A stretch of DNA of 64,000 bases, taken from an uncultured delta proteobacterium (GTDB taxonomy: Bacteria > Desulfobacterota > Binatia > UBA9968). A model generated the notes under the pieces. It saw nothing but the letters and a program-made list of their open reading frames with translations. It made no database searches and was not told the DNA's origin. Below are positions 19,517-29,517 of this stretch, one piece after another (the stretch's first letter is position 1; the number at the start of each line of letters is the position of its first letter). The stretch covers positions 132,602-196,601 of the forward strand of contig CAWJBB010000021.1 of NCBI GenBank assembly GCA_963840855.1, given 5' to 3'. Both the position numbers and the translations under genes were made by a program.

Positions 19517-20794
19517 ATGACCACCTTTACCGTCGTTACGATCTTTCCGCGGATGTTTGAGTCGCTTCTTGGCCATAGCATTCTTCGCAGGGCTCAGGAA
19601 AAAAATCTTATTTCCATCAACCTGATGGACCCGCGGCTCTACGCCACCGACCGCCATCGTATGACCGATGACTATCCCTATGGCGGCGGCCAAGGCATGG
19701 TCATGAAAGTCGAGCCGTTGGTTGGAGCCATAGAGGAAATCCGTAATTTTCCCGGCAATACCCGCGTTATTTTGCTTTCGCCTCAAGGACGCGTCTTCAA
19801 CCAAGAAATCGCGGCGCGCCTGGCCCATGAAGAACGGATTGTCCTGGTTTGCGGCCGCTACGAGGGCATCGATGAGCGGGTAAAAACCTTCGTTGACGAA
19901 GAATTGTCGGTGGGCGACTACACGTTGAGCGGCGGCGAACCAGCGGCCCTGGTGGTCATCGACGCGGTGTCCAGGCTGATTCCCGGTGTGCTCGGCAACG
20001 AAGCGTCGACCGCCGATGAATCCTTTGCGGACGGACTGCTCGAGTATCCGCAGTATACCCGGCCCGAAGATTTTCGCGGCATGAAAGTTCCGGAGATTTT
20101 GCTGTCCGGGGATCATGAGCGGATTCGCCAATGGCGGCGTGAGCAAAGTCTCACGATCACGCGGCAGCGACGTCCCGATCTCATCGCCAAGTTCGCGCTC
20201 ACGGAACAGAACCGCCGCGCAGTCCACGCCACCCGGGCGCGGGTTTTTTTGGCCCTGCTCCATCACCCGGTCTACGATAAGAATAAGCAAGTCGTTACCA
20301 CGGCGGTCACGAACATGGATATTCATGACATCGCCCGCTCGGCCCGCACCTACGGCGTCAGAGGCTTTTATGTGGTCACGCCGGTGAAGGCGCTGCAAAA
20401 ACTTGCCCTTAAAATCCTCGAGCATTGGGAAATTGGCTACGGTAGCCAATACAATACGACGCGCAAAGAAGCGCTGTCAGTGGCGCGCATCCGCGACGCG
20501 CTGGATGACGTACTCATCGATATCGAGCGAGAGACCGGGGAAAAGCCGCTCATCATCGTAACTTCGGCACGGGCTGGCGAGGGCCGGACCTCTTTCGCGG
20601 CGCTCAAAGAAATGTTAATAAGTAAGGCTCACCCTTTCCTGATCCTGCTCGGAACCGGATGGGGATTAACCGAGAGTGTCTTCGCGCGAGCAGACTACGT
20701 CCTAGAGCCCATCGAAGGAACCGCGGACTATAACCACTTATCAGTGCGGTCGGCAGCGGCAATTATGTTGGACCGGCTGTTGGGAGGCAGATAG
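19517..20794 (+). CDS. trmD: tRNA m1G37 methyltransferase TrmD fused to a second SPOUT domain (TM1570/DUF2168-like)
   Basis: N-terminal part: DDYPYGGGQGM, CGRYEGIDERV, GDYTLSGGE, LLEYPQYTRP. C-terminal part: TTAVTNMDIHDIARSARTY, LGTGWGL, YNHLSVRSAAAIMLDRL. Confidence 0.95.
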   Translation: MTTFTVVTIFPRMFESLLGHSILRRAQEKNLISINLMDPRLYATDRHRMTDDYPYGGGQGMVMKVEPLVGAIEEIRNFPGNTRVILLSPQGRVFNQEIAARLAHEERIVLVCGRYEGIDERVKTFVDEELSVGDYTLSGGEPAALVVIDAVSRLIPGVLGNEASTADESFADGLLEYPQYTRPEDFRGMKVPEILLSGDHERIRQWRREQSLTITRQRRPDLIAKFALTEQNRRAVHATRARVFLALLHHPVYDKNKQVVTTAVTNMDIHDIARSARTYGVRGFYVVTPVKALQKLALKILEHWEIGYGSQYNTTRKEALSVARIRDALDDVLIDIERETGEKPLIIVTSARAGEGRTSFAALKEMLISKAHPFLILLGTGWGLTESVFARADYVLEPIEGTADYNHLSVRSAAAIMLDRLLGGR

Positions 20795-20833
20795 AGGTTA
20801 GCAGGGTGCTGAAGAACGCTGCAGGAGTACGCC

Positions 20834-21175
20834 ATGGATATCGTAAACCAATTGGAATCGGAGCAATCGAAAAAAGAAATCCCCGTGCTACGTCCGGGCG
20901 AGACCGTTCGGGTCCACGTCAAGGTCATCGAAGGCGAAAAAGAGCGAACTCAGGTTTTCGAGGGAACAGTGATCGGACTCTCCGGCGGCAGCAACCGCGC
21001 CACGTTTACGGTACGCAAGATTTCTTACGGCGTGGGCGTCGAACGTGTCTTCCCGATCCACTCACCGCGCATCGATAAAATCGAAGTGGTATCCCGAGGC
21101 AAAGTCCGCCGCGCCAAGCTCTACTTTTTGCGGCAGCGATCCGGCAAGGCGGCCCGGTTAACCGGCGAAGACTGA
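20834..21175 (+). CDS. rplS: 50S ribosomal protein L19
   Basis: [18 protein letters not shown] and [12 protein letters not shown] motifs. Confidence 0.99.
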   Translation: MDIVNQLESEQSKKEIPVLRPGETVRVHVKVIEGEKERTQVFEGTVIGLSGGSNRATFTVRKISYGVGVERVFPIHSPRIDKIEVVSRGKVRRAKLYFLRQRSGKAARLTGED

Positions 21176-21197
21176 GCGGCCCGCCAAGCGTGGCCGT

Positions 21198-21563
21198 TTA
21201 ACGCCCGCCGAGGATTTGTCCCTTGCCGTCGAACACCGCTCCAGGGTGAATTCTTATTTCCGCCGCTTTAACCTCTCCCTGAAACTCGCCTCCCGGCATA
21301 ATCTCGAAGCAGCCGATGACTTGAACATTACCGCTCAGTTTTCCCTCTACCTGGAGTTGCCGCGCGGAAACGTAGGCGTCCACCCGGGCGTTGGAGCCAA
21401 TCACCAGGAGCTCGGCAGCTTTCAATTCACCGGTAAACCGGCTATCGATCTTCACCGGCAGATCGTAACTGAGTTTGCCCGAAATCGATGAATTGGGGAA
21501 CAACACGGTTCTGACGCCGCCTTGTGTCGGAAAAGAACCATTGCTGTCAGTTTTTCCCGCCAT
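21198..21563 (-). CDS. Bactofilin (polymer-forming cytoskeletal protein)
   Basis: Beta-helix-like repeats ISGKL..VKIDSRFTGEL..LVIG..VEGKLSGNV..IHPGAVFDG. Confidence 0.75.
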   Translation of the reverse strand: MAGKTDSNGSFPTQGGVRTVLFPNSSISGKLSYDLPVKIDSRFTGELKAAELLVIGSNARVDAYVSARQLQVEGKLSGNVQVIGCFEIMPGGEFQGEVKAAEIRIHPGAVFDGKGQILGGR

Positions 21564-21665
21564 CCCGTAATTCCTCTTTCATTCGCAACATACCACCCCG
21601 ATATGGATAACAAAAGCAGCCACTGGCGAGTGGAAAGTCCAACCTCTCGGGAACGCATTCGTCAC

Positions 21666-21721
21666 CCTGAACTTTGAACATTGAACCTTAAACCTTGAAC
21701 TTATCGCTTTGAATCCAGAAC
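21666..21721. repeat. Heptamer tandem array upstream of rarA
   Basis: CCTGAAC TTTGAAC ATTGAAC CTTAAAC CTTGAAC ... TTTGAAT CCAGAAC. Confidence 0.85.
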
Positions 21722-21814
21722 TTCGAAGTGAATCAATCTTCGGACCGGAGGGGGACAAGCCCGATGGCGCCGCCGGGTGTGAATAATCCAGGCCAGTTGT
21801 GCTAGCGTGATGCC

Positions 21815-23137
21815 ATGGATCTTTTTGGCGACACACAGGGAAAGGCGCGGACTGAGTCCCGTCCTCTGGCCGACAGAATGCGCCCGCGCACGCTCGAGGA
21901 ATTTGTCGGTCAAGGGCATCTGCTTTCTTCGGGCAAGCTGCTTCGTGAATTGGCCAACGCCGGCGAGTTGCGCTCGCTCATCCTTTGGGGTCCGCCGGGC
22001 AGCGGCAAGACGACTCTGGCGCAACTCCTCGCCCGCTCGGCCGGCGCGGTTTGCGTTCATTTCTCCTCCGTCACCTCCGGGGTGAAAGACCTAAAGAAAA
22101 TCTTTCAAGAGGCGCAAGACCTGCAACGCCTCGGCAAGCGCACGGTGCTGTTCGTCGATGAGATTCACCATCTCAACAAGTCGCAGCAGGACAACTTTCT
22201 TCCTCATGTCGAGCGCGGCACTCTAATCTTGATCGGCGCGACGACGGAGAATCCTTCTTTCGAAGTGATCTCCCCCCTGCTCTCGCGCTGCCAGGTTTTG
22301 GTATTGCATCCTCTGTCCGACGAAGACCTCGCCAAGATCATCGACGGCGCCCTATCCGACGCTCAACGAGGATTGGGCGCGGTGGGATTGTCTATCGATG
22401 CCGAAGCACGGGATTTTCTCATCCGGCAGAGTCACGGCGACGCGCGCGCGGCATTGAATGCCCTGGAAATCGCGGCCGCCCTGGCGCGCAAGGACAAGAT
22501 CATCGATTTGCAAAATGCCCAAGAAGCCTTGCAGCGAAAAGCGCTCCGCTACGACAAAGCCGGCGAGGAGCACTACAACGTTATCTCCGCGTTTATCAAG
22601 AGCCTGCGTGGCAGCGATCCTGACGCGGCGCTTTACTGGATGATGCGCATGCTCGAAGCCGGCGAAGACCCGCTGTTCATCGCCCGGCGCATGGTCATTT
22701 TCGCTGCGGAAGATGTCGGCAACGCAGATCCGAGGGCGCTGCAATTCGCCGTCGCAGCCAAGGATGCGGTTCACTTCGTCGGGCTCCCTGAAGGCCGCAT
22801 TCCGCTGGCGCAGGCCGCGACTTATCTTGCCACCGCGCCCAAATCCAATGCATCCTACAAAGCGATGCTGGCGGCGGCGAAGGACGTCGAAGAAAATGGC
22901 GCTTTGCCCGTGCCGCTGCACCTGCGCAACGCACCCACGGAGCTAATGGATAAGCTCGGCTACGGCAAGGGGTACAAGTATGCCCATGACTTTCCCGATC
23001 ACGTGGTCGAGCAGGAACACCTGCCGAAGGAGCTCGAAGCGAACAAGTATTATTTTCCGTCGGACTCCGGCGAAGAGAAGCAAATTAAGCAACGCATGAT
23101 GCAATGGGATCAAAAACGGAAGCGGCCATCCGATTGA
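21815..23137 (+). CDS. rarA: Replication-associated recombination protein A (MgsA)
   Basis: PLADRMRP, WGPPGSGKTT, GATTENPSF, SAFIKSLRGSDPDAA and GYKYAHD motifs. Confidence 0.97.
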   Translation: MDLFGDTQGKARTESRPLADRMRPRTLEEFVGQGHLLSSGKLLRELANAGELRSLILWGPPGSGKTTLAQLLARSAGAVCVHFSSVTSGVKDLKKIFQEAQDLQRLGKRTVLFVDEIHHLNKSQQDNFLPHVERGTLILIGATTENPSFEVISPLLSRCQVLVLHPLSDEDLAKIIDGALSDAQRGLGAVGLSIDAEARDFLIRQSHGDARAALNALEIAAALARKDKIIDLQNAQEALQRKALRYDKAGEEHYNVISAFIKSLRGSDPDAALYWMMRMLEAGEDPLFIARRMVIFAAEDVGNADPRALQFAVAAKDAVHFVGLPEGRIPLAQAATYLATAPKSNASYKAMLAAAKDVEENGALPVPLHLRNAPTELMDKLGYGKGYKYAHDFPDHVVEQEHLPKELEANKYYFPSDSGEEKQIKQRMMQWDQKRKRPSD

Positions 23138-23227
23138 TCTTACCTTGCAGCACAAAATCGTGTCCGTCCGGGTTCAACGACTTGAACCCGCGGTATGCGG
23201 TTGTGCTCTTTGCGGTCAAATTCTTTC

Positions 23228-25273
23228 TTACTCTTTAATCCCAGCCAGATCGAGTAGGAATACATACGAAAACGCCGTCTCGAGATGGCGGCGGAAGCGG
23301 CCCGTTGCCCCGCCGTGGCCGGCGTCCATATTGGTTTTAAGCAGCAGTCGATTGTTATCGGTCTTCAACTCGCGCAGCTTCGCGACCCACTTGGCGGGCT
23401 CCCAGTATTGCACCTGGGAGTCGTGTAAGCCGCCGGTGATTAACAAATGCGGATAGGCCTTGGCTGCCACATTGTCATAGGGCGAATAGGAAAGTATGTA
23501 ATCGAAATATTCTTTTTGATTAGGATCGCCCCACTCGTCGTATTCCCCGGTGGTCAACGGAATCGAAGGATCGAGCATCGTCGTGACCACGTCGACGAAC
23601 GGTACTTCAGCGACCACGCCTTTAAACAGAGCGGGACGCATATTGGCGACCGCGCCCATGAGCAAGCCGCCAGCGCTGCGCCCCATGGCAAATAGTTTAT
23701 CCGGGTTAGTAAACTTTTCATGAACGAGAAACTCCGCGCAGGCGATGAAGTCGGTAAAAGTATTCTTCTTATGGAGCATCTTTCCCTCTTCGTACCAGCG
23801 GCGTCCGAGTTCCTGTCCGCCGCGGATGTGCGCGATGGCGTAGACGAAGCCGCGGTCGACGAGACTCAAGCGTGGCGAGGCGAACGCCGCGTCGATGCTG
23901 AATCCGTAGGAGCCATAGCCATAGAGCAAAAGAGGATTTTGACCGTCTTTCCGTAAGCCCTTGCGGTAAACAATGGACAAAGGAATCTCCGCGCCATCGA
24001 CGGCACGCGCGTAGAGACGCTCGGTCACATAGTTATCGGCGTCGAAGCCGCCCAGCACTTCTTCTTGTTTAAGCAGCACACGCTGGCGCGTGTTCATGTC
24101 GTAGTCGTAAATCGTCAGCGGTGTCTTCATCGAAGTGTATTCGAAGCGCAAAGTCGCCGTATCGATCTCCGGGTTCATGCCAAGGTGCGCGCGGTAGGCC
24201 GGCTCAGTGAACTCAAGATAGTGGCCGTCGCCGCTCGCCCAAGGGAGCACGCGGATTTGCGTCAGCCCACGGACGCGTTCTTCCAGCACCAGGTGGTCTT
24301 TGAAAACATCGAAGTCGCTCAGATAGACGTCCTCTCGGTGCGGCACAATCTCTTGCCAGTTTTCCCTGCCGGTGTGCTCCAGAGGCGCCGCCATTAGGCG
24401 AAAATTCTTCGCCCGGTCATTGCTGCGAATTAAAAACCGGTTGTCAAAATGGGCGACATGATATTCGTGGTCTCGTTCCCGAGTTAAAAATATCTTGAAC
24501 TCCCCATACGGATCGTCGGCATCGAGATAGCGATACTCCTGGCTGAGGGTCTGCGATGACACGATCATCAGATATTTCCTGGACTTGGTCTTGAATATCC
24601 AGGTGGAAAACGCCTCGTCGCCTTCCTCGAAAACCAGTTTGTCCTCGCGCCAGTCCGTGCCCAGCACATGGCGATAGATTTGAAACGCCCGGAGCGTCGC
24701 GGGATCTTGTTTCCCATAGAAAAGCGTCCTATTGTCGTTGGCCCAGGTGAGGTTCTCGGTCATTTCCGGCAGCACATCCGGCAGGAGCTCGCCCGTAGTC
24801 AAATTTTTGAAATAAGCGGTGTGGATGCGCCGGCCTTGTGTATCGACGGCATAGGCGACAATGTCCTGCGCCGAGCTCACCGCCCAACCGCCTATTGAAA
24901 AAAAATCATGGCCTTCTGCGAGTTCGTTGCCGTTCAGCACAACTTCTTCGGGCTGATCCAAAGCGTCTTTCTTGCGCGCGTAGATCGGATATTCCTTGCC
25001 TTCCTCGAAACGCGTGTAGTAAAAATAACCGTCCCGTTTGTAGGGCACGGACATGTCGGTTTGCTTGAATCTTGCCTTGATTTCCTCAAAAAGCTTTTCC
25101 TCTAGCGCTTTGACATGAGCCATCTCCTTTTCCGCCAAGTCGTTTTCGGCCTCGAGGAAAGCGATGACTTCAGGATTTTCCCGCTCGCGTAGCCAATAAT
25201 AGTCGTCGATGCGCGTACGGCCATGCTTTTCGAGCGGCATTGGAACCTTCTTGACCATTGAGAGCCTCCCCAT
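23228..25273 (-). CDS. ptrB: Oligopeptidase B (peptidase S9A)
   Basis: DDYYWLR, YGYGSYG, GRSAGGLL, EYDEWGDP, HDSQVQYWEPAKW and AGHGG motifs. Confidence 0.95.
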   Translation of the reverse strand: MGRLSMVKKVPMPLEKHGRTRIDDYYWLRERENPEVIAFLEAENDLAEKEMAHVKALEEKLFEEIKARFKQTDMSVPYKRDGYFYYTRFEEGKEYPIYARKKDALDQPEEVVLNGNELAEGHDFFSIGGWAVSSAQDIVAYAVDTQGRRIHTAYFKNLTTGELLPDVLPEMTENLTWANDNRTLFYGKQDPATLRAFQIYRHVLGTDWREDKLVFEEGDEAFSTWIFKTKSRKYLMIVSSQTLSQEYRYLDADDPYGEFKIFLTRERDHEYHVAHFDNRFLIRSNDRAKNFRLMAAPLEHTGRENWQEIVPHREDVYLSDFDVFKDHLVLEERVRGLTQIRVLPWASGDGHYLEFTEPAYRAHLGMNPEIDTATLRFEYTSMKTPLTIYDYDMNTRQRVLLKQEEVLGGFDADNYVTERLYARAVDGAEIPLSIVYRKGLRKDGQNPLLLYGYGSYGFSIDAAFASPRLSLVDRGFVYAIAHIRGGQELGRRWYEEGKMLHKKNTFTDFIACAEFLVHEKFTNPDKLFAMGRSAGGLLMGAVANMRPALFKGVVAEVPFVDVVTTMLDPSIPLTTGEYDEWGDPNQKEYFDYILSYSPYDNVAAKAYPHLLITGGLHDSQVQYWEPAKWVAKLRELKTDNNRLLLKTNMDAGHGGATGRFRRHLETAFSYVFLLDLAGIKE

Positions 25274-25381
25274 TCATGTTAAATCCTTTTGCCCGCGTTG
25301 CCCAGCGCGTGCCGCAGCCGAATTACTAACCGCCCCCACCCCATAGACAACGCCGCGACTCTTTAGGCATACTCCAACTCT

Positions 25382-27283
25382 ATGTACTGCAAGTCCAGAC
25401 GATTCATAGCTACTCTGTCGCTGATGATCGTCACGGCCTTGGCGCCGGCGCAAATTCTCCGCGCCCAGACACCGCCCAAAGCCATCGTCATCGGTTGGGA
25501 TGGCGCGCTACCTTCCTTCGTTCATGAAATGCTCCGCCAGGGAAATCTTCCCAACCTGGCGAGACTCATTGCCGGCGGCGCCTTTGCCGATGAGGTTATT
25601 TCGGTTTATCCCTCCAAAACCGCGCCGGGCTTCGCGGCGCTCTGGAGCGGCGCACCGCCGCGGGCCACCGGTATTAGCGGCAACCGCCAACCCCGGGCGC
25701 CGGCCCATCAACATACGATCCTGGAAAACAACCTCTCCTTCTTGAGCGCTCCGCTGCGCGCGGAGCCAATCTGGGCAACGGCGCTGCGCGCCGGACGCAA
25801 AGCGGTACTGGCCCATGTGCCGTTCGGACGTGAGCTGTCCGATGGGGCAGTGAAGCTTCTTGGCTACGATGGCTATGCCGGACGCGACGGCGTCGTCAAT
25901 AGCCGCGCGGCCACATTGCAGCTGGCAAATTCATGGAAGAACCTTCCTGTCAGCGCGAAGCCGCCCGTGGAGATTCAATTTAGCATCGGCGCCTCGGCCT
26001 TCTTCGGCCTGTTCATCGATGACCCGGCGGACCGTCACGCCGGCTATGATACGCTTCTGGTGACTGGCTCGCGGGACGGTGCGGCGGTTGCGGCCAGAAT
26101 AAAAGCCGGCGAAGCGAATCTGGAGCGCGGCCTGTGGAGCGGGCCCATCGAAGTTAAAACCAGCGGCGGCGAGAACGCTACCGTCTATTTGCGGCTTTTC
26201 GAACTTGAACCTGACGGCACCGATTTTTTGCTTTATTATACGCGTCCAGTAAGGGGCATGATTTTCCCTGCCGAGTTCGCCGCCGGTTATGCCGCAGCCG
26301 CCGGCGCATTCATCGGTAATGGAGCGAATTTCATGTATCAAGAAGGGGCCTTTGGACCCACGCTGGCCGCCGGCGGCGCCGGCATCGCCGAAGCGCGTTA
26401 CCTGGAAACCGTAGGCATGGCGCAACGACAACTTAAGCAAACGGCCCTCTGGGCCCTACGCGGCGTAGCGTGGGATTTGCTGTTTCTTTACACGCCCTTT
26501 CCTGACGAAGGAGAGCATTTGTGGCGCGGCTATATCGATCCCGCGAGCAACGCGGATGAGAGGCTCGCCGCGGCTGCGCGTCGAAATTTAGCAGAAATCT
26601 ATAAATCGTCCGATGATATTCTCGGCGCGGTGCTGGCTAACCGGCCGGACGATACGCTAATCGCGCTGGTTTCGGATCACGGCATGGAAGGCGTCAATAA
26701 ATTAGTAGCGATCAACCGCGCGCTGGAGCGCGCAGGGCTGTTGGTCTTGAATGACAAAGGACAGCCGGACCTGGCGCGGACCAAGGCATTCTATCCCCCG
26801 GTCAACAACGGCTATCTATTGATCAATTCCACCGATCGAAAAAGTGGCATCGTCACCCAGGAAGAACGGGCCAGCGTGGTCACACGTCTGCGTGGCGCGA
26901 TGTTAGGCATCCGCGACGGCGGCAAAGCCGTAATTACGGCGGTGTACGACGCCCAGAGCGACGGTGAAAAAATGGGTATCGGCGGCGAGGCCGGCGGCGA
27001 TATATATCTGGACGTTCTTCCCGGTTATGACTTCGACCCGCGCACTGGCCCCGGCGAAATTATAACGCCGCGGGAGCCCTACGGCATGCATGGCTTCAAT
27101 CCAGCGCGCCCGTCCATGCACACGATTATGGTCCTAAACGGGCCGGGTATCAGCGCGCGCAAACGGCTGCAAAATGTCCGGCTCATCGACTTCGCCCCCA
27201 CCCTCGCCAAACTCCTGGGACTTCCCGCGCCCAAAGATGCCACCGGCCGCGTCTTACAAGAAGCATTCAGCGACGCGCGTTGA
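25382..27283 (+). CDS. Secreted alkaline-phosphatase-superfamily nucleotide pyrophosphatase/phosphodiesterase
   Basis: Signal peptide; IGWDG, PSKTAPG (Thr nucleophile), PDEGEH, SDHG and GMHG motifs. Confidence 0.85.
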   Translation: MYCKSRRFIATLSLMIVTALAPAQILRAQTPPKAIVIGWDGALPSFVHEMLRQGNLPNLARLIAGGAFADEVISVYPSKTAPGFAALWSGAPPRATGISGNRQPRAPAHQHTILENNLSFLSAPLRAEPIWATALRAGRKAVLAHVPFGRELSDGAVKLLGYDGYAGRDGVVNSRAATLQLANSWKNLPVSAKPPVEIQFSIGASAFFGLFIDDPADRHAGYDTLLVTGSRDGAAVAARIKAGEANLERGLWSGPIEVKTSGGENATVYLRLFELEPDGTDFLLYYTRPVRGMIFPAEFAAGYAAAAGAFIGNGANFMYQEGAFGPTLAAGGAGIAEARYLETVGMAQRQLKQTALWALRGVAWDLLFLYTPFPDEGEHLWRGYIDPASNADERLAAAARRNLAEIYKSSDDILGAVLANRPDDTLIALVSDHGMEGVNKLVAINRALERAGLLVLNDKGQPDLARTKAFYPPVNNGYLLINSTDRKSGIVTQEERASVVTRLRGAMLGIRDGGKAVITAVYDAQSDGEKMGIGGEAGGDIYLDVLPGYDFDPRTGPGEIITPREPYGMHGFNPARPSMHTIMVLNGPGISARKRLQNVRLIDFAPTLAKLLGLPAPKDATGRVLQEAFSDAR

Positions 27284-27329
27284 CATAACCGTCGAGCAGT
27301 GAATAGTCTTTTTGTTTAAGGAGAAAGTC

Positions 27330-28622
27330 ATGTCACCTACGCCAACTTGGGAACCGCCGACCAAGGTATCGCAGGAAGAAGTGTTGCGACTGAGCGAGCA
27401 AGTAATGTCGCTGCCGAACATTCCCATGACCGCCCGCGAGGATATCTTTCGCATCTCCGCGCTGGAGATGGAATGGGATATCGGGGTCGTCATCTACGAG
27501 CCGGCCGATCCAGCGAGAATACCGACGGGCCCCGACGGCAAGAAGGCCGGTGTTTTTTTGCTTCACGGCGGCGTATCGGACTTCAAGTCCGTCGAGCGCA
27601 TCGCGCGCATGCTGCCGGAAAAATACGGCATCAAAGTGGCAACTATGACGTTTCCCGGAAGATTCTACTTCCTTGACCCCGACCGAGATTGGCCCGGCGA
27701 CGTCGACAACAGCGACGGCTCCGCGCGCACGCCGCTCTGGACGAGCGAGACGCGAATCACCAAGGATCAGTACACCATCGTCCAGGATGCATCGAAACGT
27801 AAGGAATACGGCACGTTGATTTCGCTCGCTGCCAAGGAAGGCAGCGAATTCTATCACCGCATGGCGGCGTGGCCGGCGGCATTTGAAGACGCGATCAAAG
27901 AAACCGCCCGCCGCCAATTTCCCGAGGGCGAGTATTCGATTTACATCCACGGCCATTCCACCGGCGGACCCTTCGCCATGATGGCGGCGCAACGTGTGGC
28001 GAACATCGCCGGCCTCGTCGGCTACGGCAGTTCACCCTTCGGCTGGATGTATCCGCTGGTCAGCGGCGACGACTGGGACTTTCCATTCAACCGCCTTCGC
28101 CTGCGCACCTGGCGCGACACCGCGCGCTACATGTACGAAGGCATGAAAGACAAAAACATTGGACTGCCGATGCTGATTGAATTGACCTTCGAGCGCTGGG
28201 AGAATGCCAAGAAGCGGCCCAATTTCAAAGCCGAAGATTTCATCCACAAGAACTCGACAGGTGCTCTGGAAGCAGCAGCGCGCGTGGCAGCGGCGCGGTT
28301 GAAATTATCGAATCAGGAAACCGACGCTCTCGTTGAGCGCTATCTCGGCTACCCGCGAGAATTGCCCGGACCGGAAATAAAACCCGTGCCGCCTTTTCTT
28401 TCCGTCCACGGTATCAACGACGGCACGGTCACCCTCGAGCGCTGCCAGAGATCACTGCCGCTTTTTGAGAAGTTGAAGCCGCCGCCCAAAGTGCGCGCCG
28501 TTTCGCTCGGCGCCGGTATCCATTCCTGGAGTTGGACGGATGAAAAACTCCCCCGAGGCGTCGCGCCGCCGGTGGCAAAACTCTGGCACGACGCGATCAT
28601 GAACGGTTTCTTCACCACGTAA
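27330..28622 (+). CDS. Uncharacterised alpha/beta-hydrolase-fold protein
   Basis: LLHGG, GHSTGG nucleophile elbow, HGINDGTV and AGIH; AAGGAG RBS before ATG 27330. Confidence 0.65.
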   Translation: MSPTPTWEPPTKVSQEEVLRLSEQVMSLPNIPMTAREDIFRISALEMEWDIGVVIYEPADPARIPTGPDGKKAGVFLLHGGVSDFKSVERIARMLPEKYGIKVATMTFPGRFYFLDPDRDWPGDVDNSDGSARTPLWTSETRITKDQYTIVQDASKRKEYGTLISLAAKEGSEFYHRMAAWPAAFEDAIKETARRQFPEGEYSIYIHGHSTGGPFAMMAAQRVANIAGLVGYGSSPFGWMYPLVSGDDWDFPFNRLRLRTWRDTARYMYEGMKDKNIGLPMLIELTFERWENAKKRPNFKAEDFIHKNSTGALEAAARVAAARLKLSNQETDALVERYLGYPRELPGPEIKPVPPFLSVHGINDGTVTLERCQRSLPLFEKLKPPPKVRAVSLGAGIHSWSWTDEKLPRGVAPPVAKLWHDAIMNGFFTT

Positions 28623-28640
28623 ATGCGCGCAATGCACAAG

Positions 28641-28710
28641 TGCTGGAGCCTAGGAGTATTGGAGTGATGTTTTTTCCGGACCCAACACTCCATCACTCCG
28701 TTACGCCAAT
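28641..28710. repeat. Inverted octamer array
   Basis: TGCTGGAG CCTAGGAG TATTGGAG TGATG ... CAACACTC CATCACTC CGTTACGC CAAT. Confidence 0.7.
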
Positions 28711-28735
28711 CCTCCGCGGGACTTCGCCGGTCCGA

Positions 28736-28772
28736 CGTTTTGAACGGCTGGAACGATTTGAACTGTTTGAAC
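28736..28772. repeat. Nonamer tandem array
   Basis: TTTTTGAAC GGCTGGAAC GATTTGAAC TGTTTGAAC. Confidence 0.8.
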
Positions 28773-28792
28773 GAATTCTTTAGGCTAAGCCC

Positions 28793-29329
28793 ATGGCAGA
28801 CAAAACTCACTTGATCCTAACCGCCGTCGGTCCCGACCGAGTCGGGTTAGTGGAAAAGATTTCCGCGTTTATCGCCCGTCACGGTTGCAACATCGAGGAC
28901 AGCAAGATGGCGGTATTCTGCGGCGAGTTCGCGGTGATCGTCCTGATCAGCGGCGATGGCGGAAGTCTCGTCAAGATCGCCCGCGATTATCGCGAGATCG
29001 AAACCGAAACCGGCCTGACGATCTCGATTAAAACCCCGGCTATAAGACAGGCCGCAATAGCTTTCCTTCCGTACAAACTGACCGCGTCGTGCATGGATCA
29101 TCCCGGCATCGTCCACCAGATCAGCAACATACTCAGCAGTATGGGTGTAAACATCGAATCGATGGAAACCGAAACTTACGCGGCGCCCGTCAGCGGAACC
29201 CCTATTTTCCGTCTCGAAGCCGAGATTGCCGTCCCTATCACGACGAACATCAACGCAGTGCGCGAACGCTTTGCCGAGATACAGCGGGAGGAAAATATCG
29301 ACATCGAGCTGTCTGCACTAAGAAGTTAA
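28793..29329 (+). CDS. Tandem ACT-domain protein, GcvR-like
   Basis: LTAVGPDRVGLV..GCNIEDSKM and DHPGIVHQIS..GVNIESMET ACT motifs. Confidence 0.85.
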   Translation: MADKTHLILTAVGPDRVGLVEKISAFIARHGCNIEDSKMAVFCGEFAVIVLISGDGGSLVKIARDYREIETETGLTISIKTPAIRQAAIAFLPYKLTASCMDHPGIVHQISNILSSMGVNIESMETETYAAPVSGTPIFRLEAEIAVPITTNINAVRERFAEIQREENIDIELSALRS

Positions 29330-29362
29330 GCGGGACGCGCCCCATGGGTCGCACCCGCTTAC
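29330..29362. repeat. REP-like palindrome
   Basis: GCGGGACGCGCCCCATGGGTCGCACCCGCTTAC, an imperfect hairpin immediately after the stop codon. Confidence 0.55.
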
Positions 29363-29444
29363 GTTCCAGTAGTTCCAAAGGTTCCAACAGTTCCAATCGT
29401 TCAGAAAAACGACGGACTTCGTCAACGATTGGAACGACTGGAAC
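29362..29444. repeat. Inverted nonamer array
   Basis: GTTCCAGTA GTTCCAAAG GTTCCAACA GTTCCAATC GTTC ... AACGATTGGAACGACTGGAAC. Confidence 0.85.
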
Positions 29445-29517
29445 CCCACGGCGCGGACTTACTGTGGGCGCTTTACGGGGTGTTTAGAAGGCTTCTATTG
29501 GGCGGTTCACTCCTGAC

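Noticed and set aside
19355-20449. Long antisense ORFs (364 aa here; 345 aa at 42065-43102; 284 aa at 4307-5161)
   Set aside because: Shadow ORFs of well-supported genes in GC-rich DNA, with no motifs
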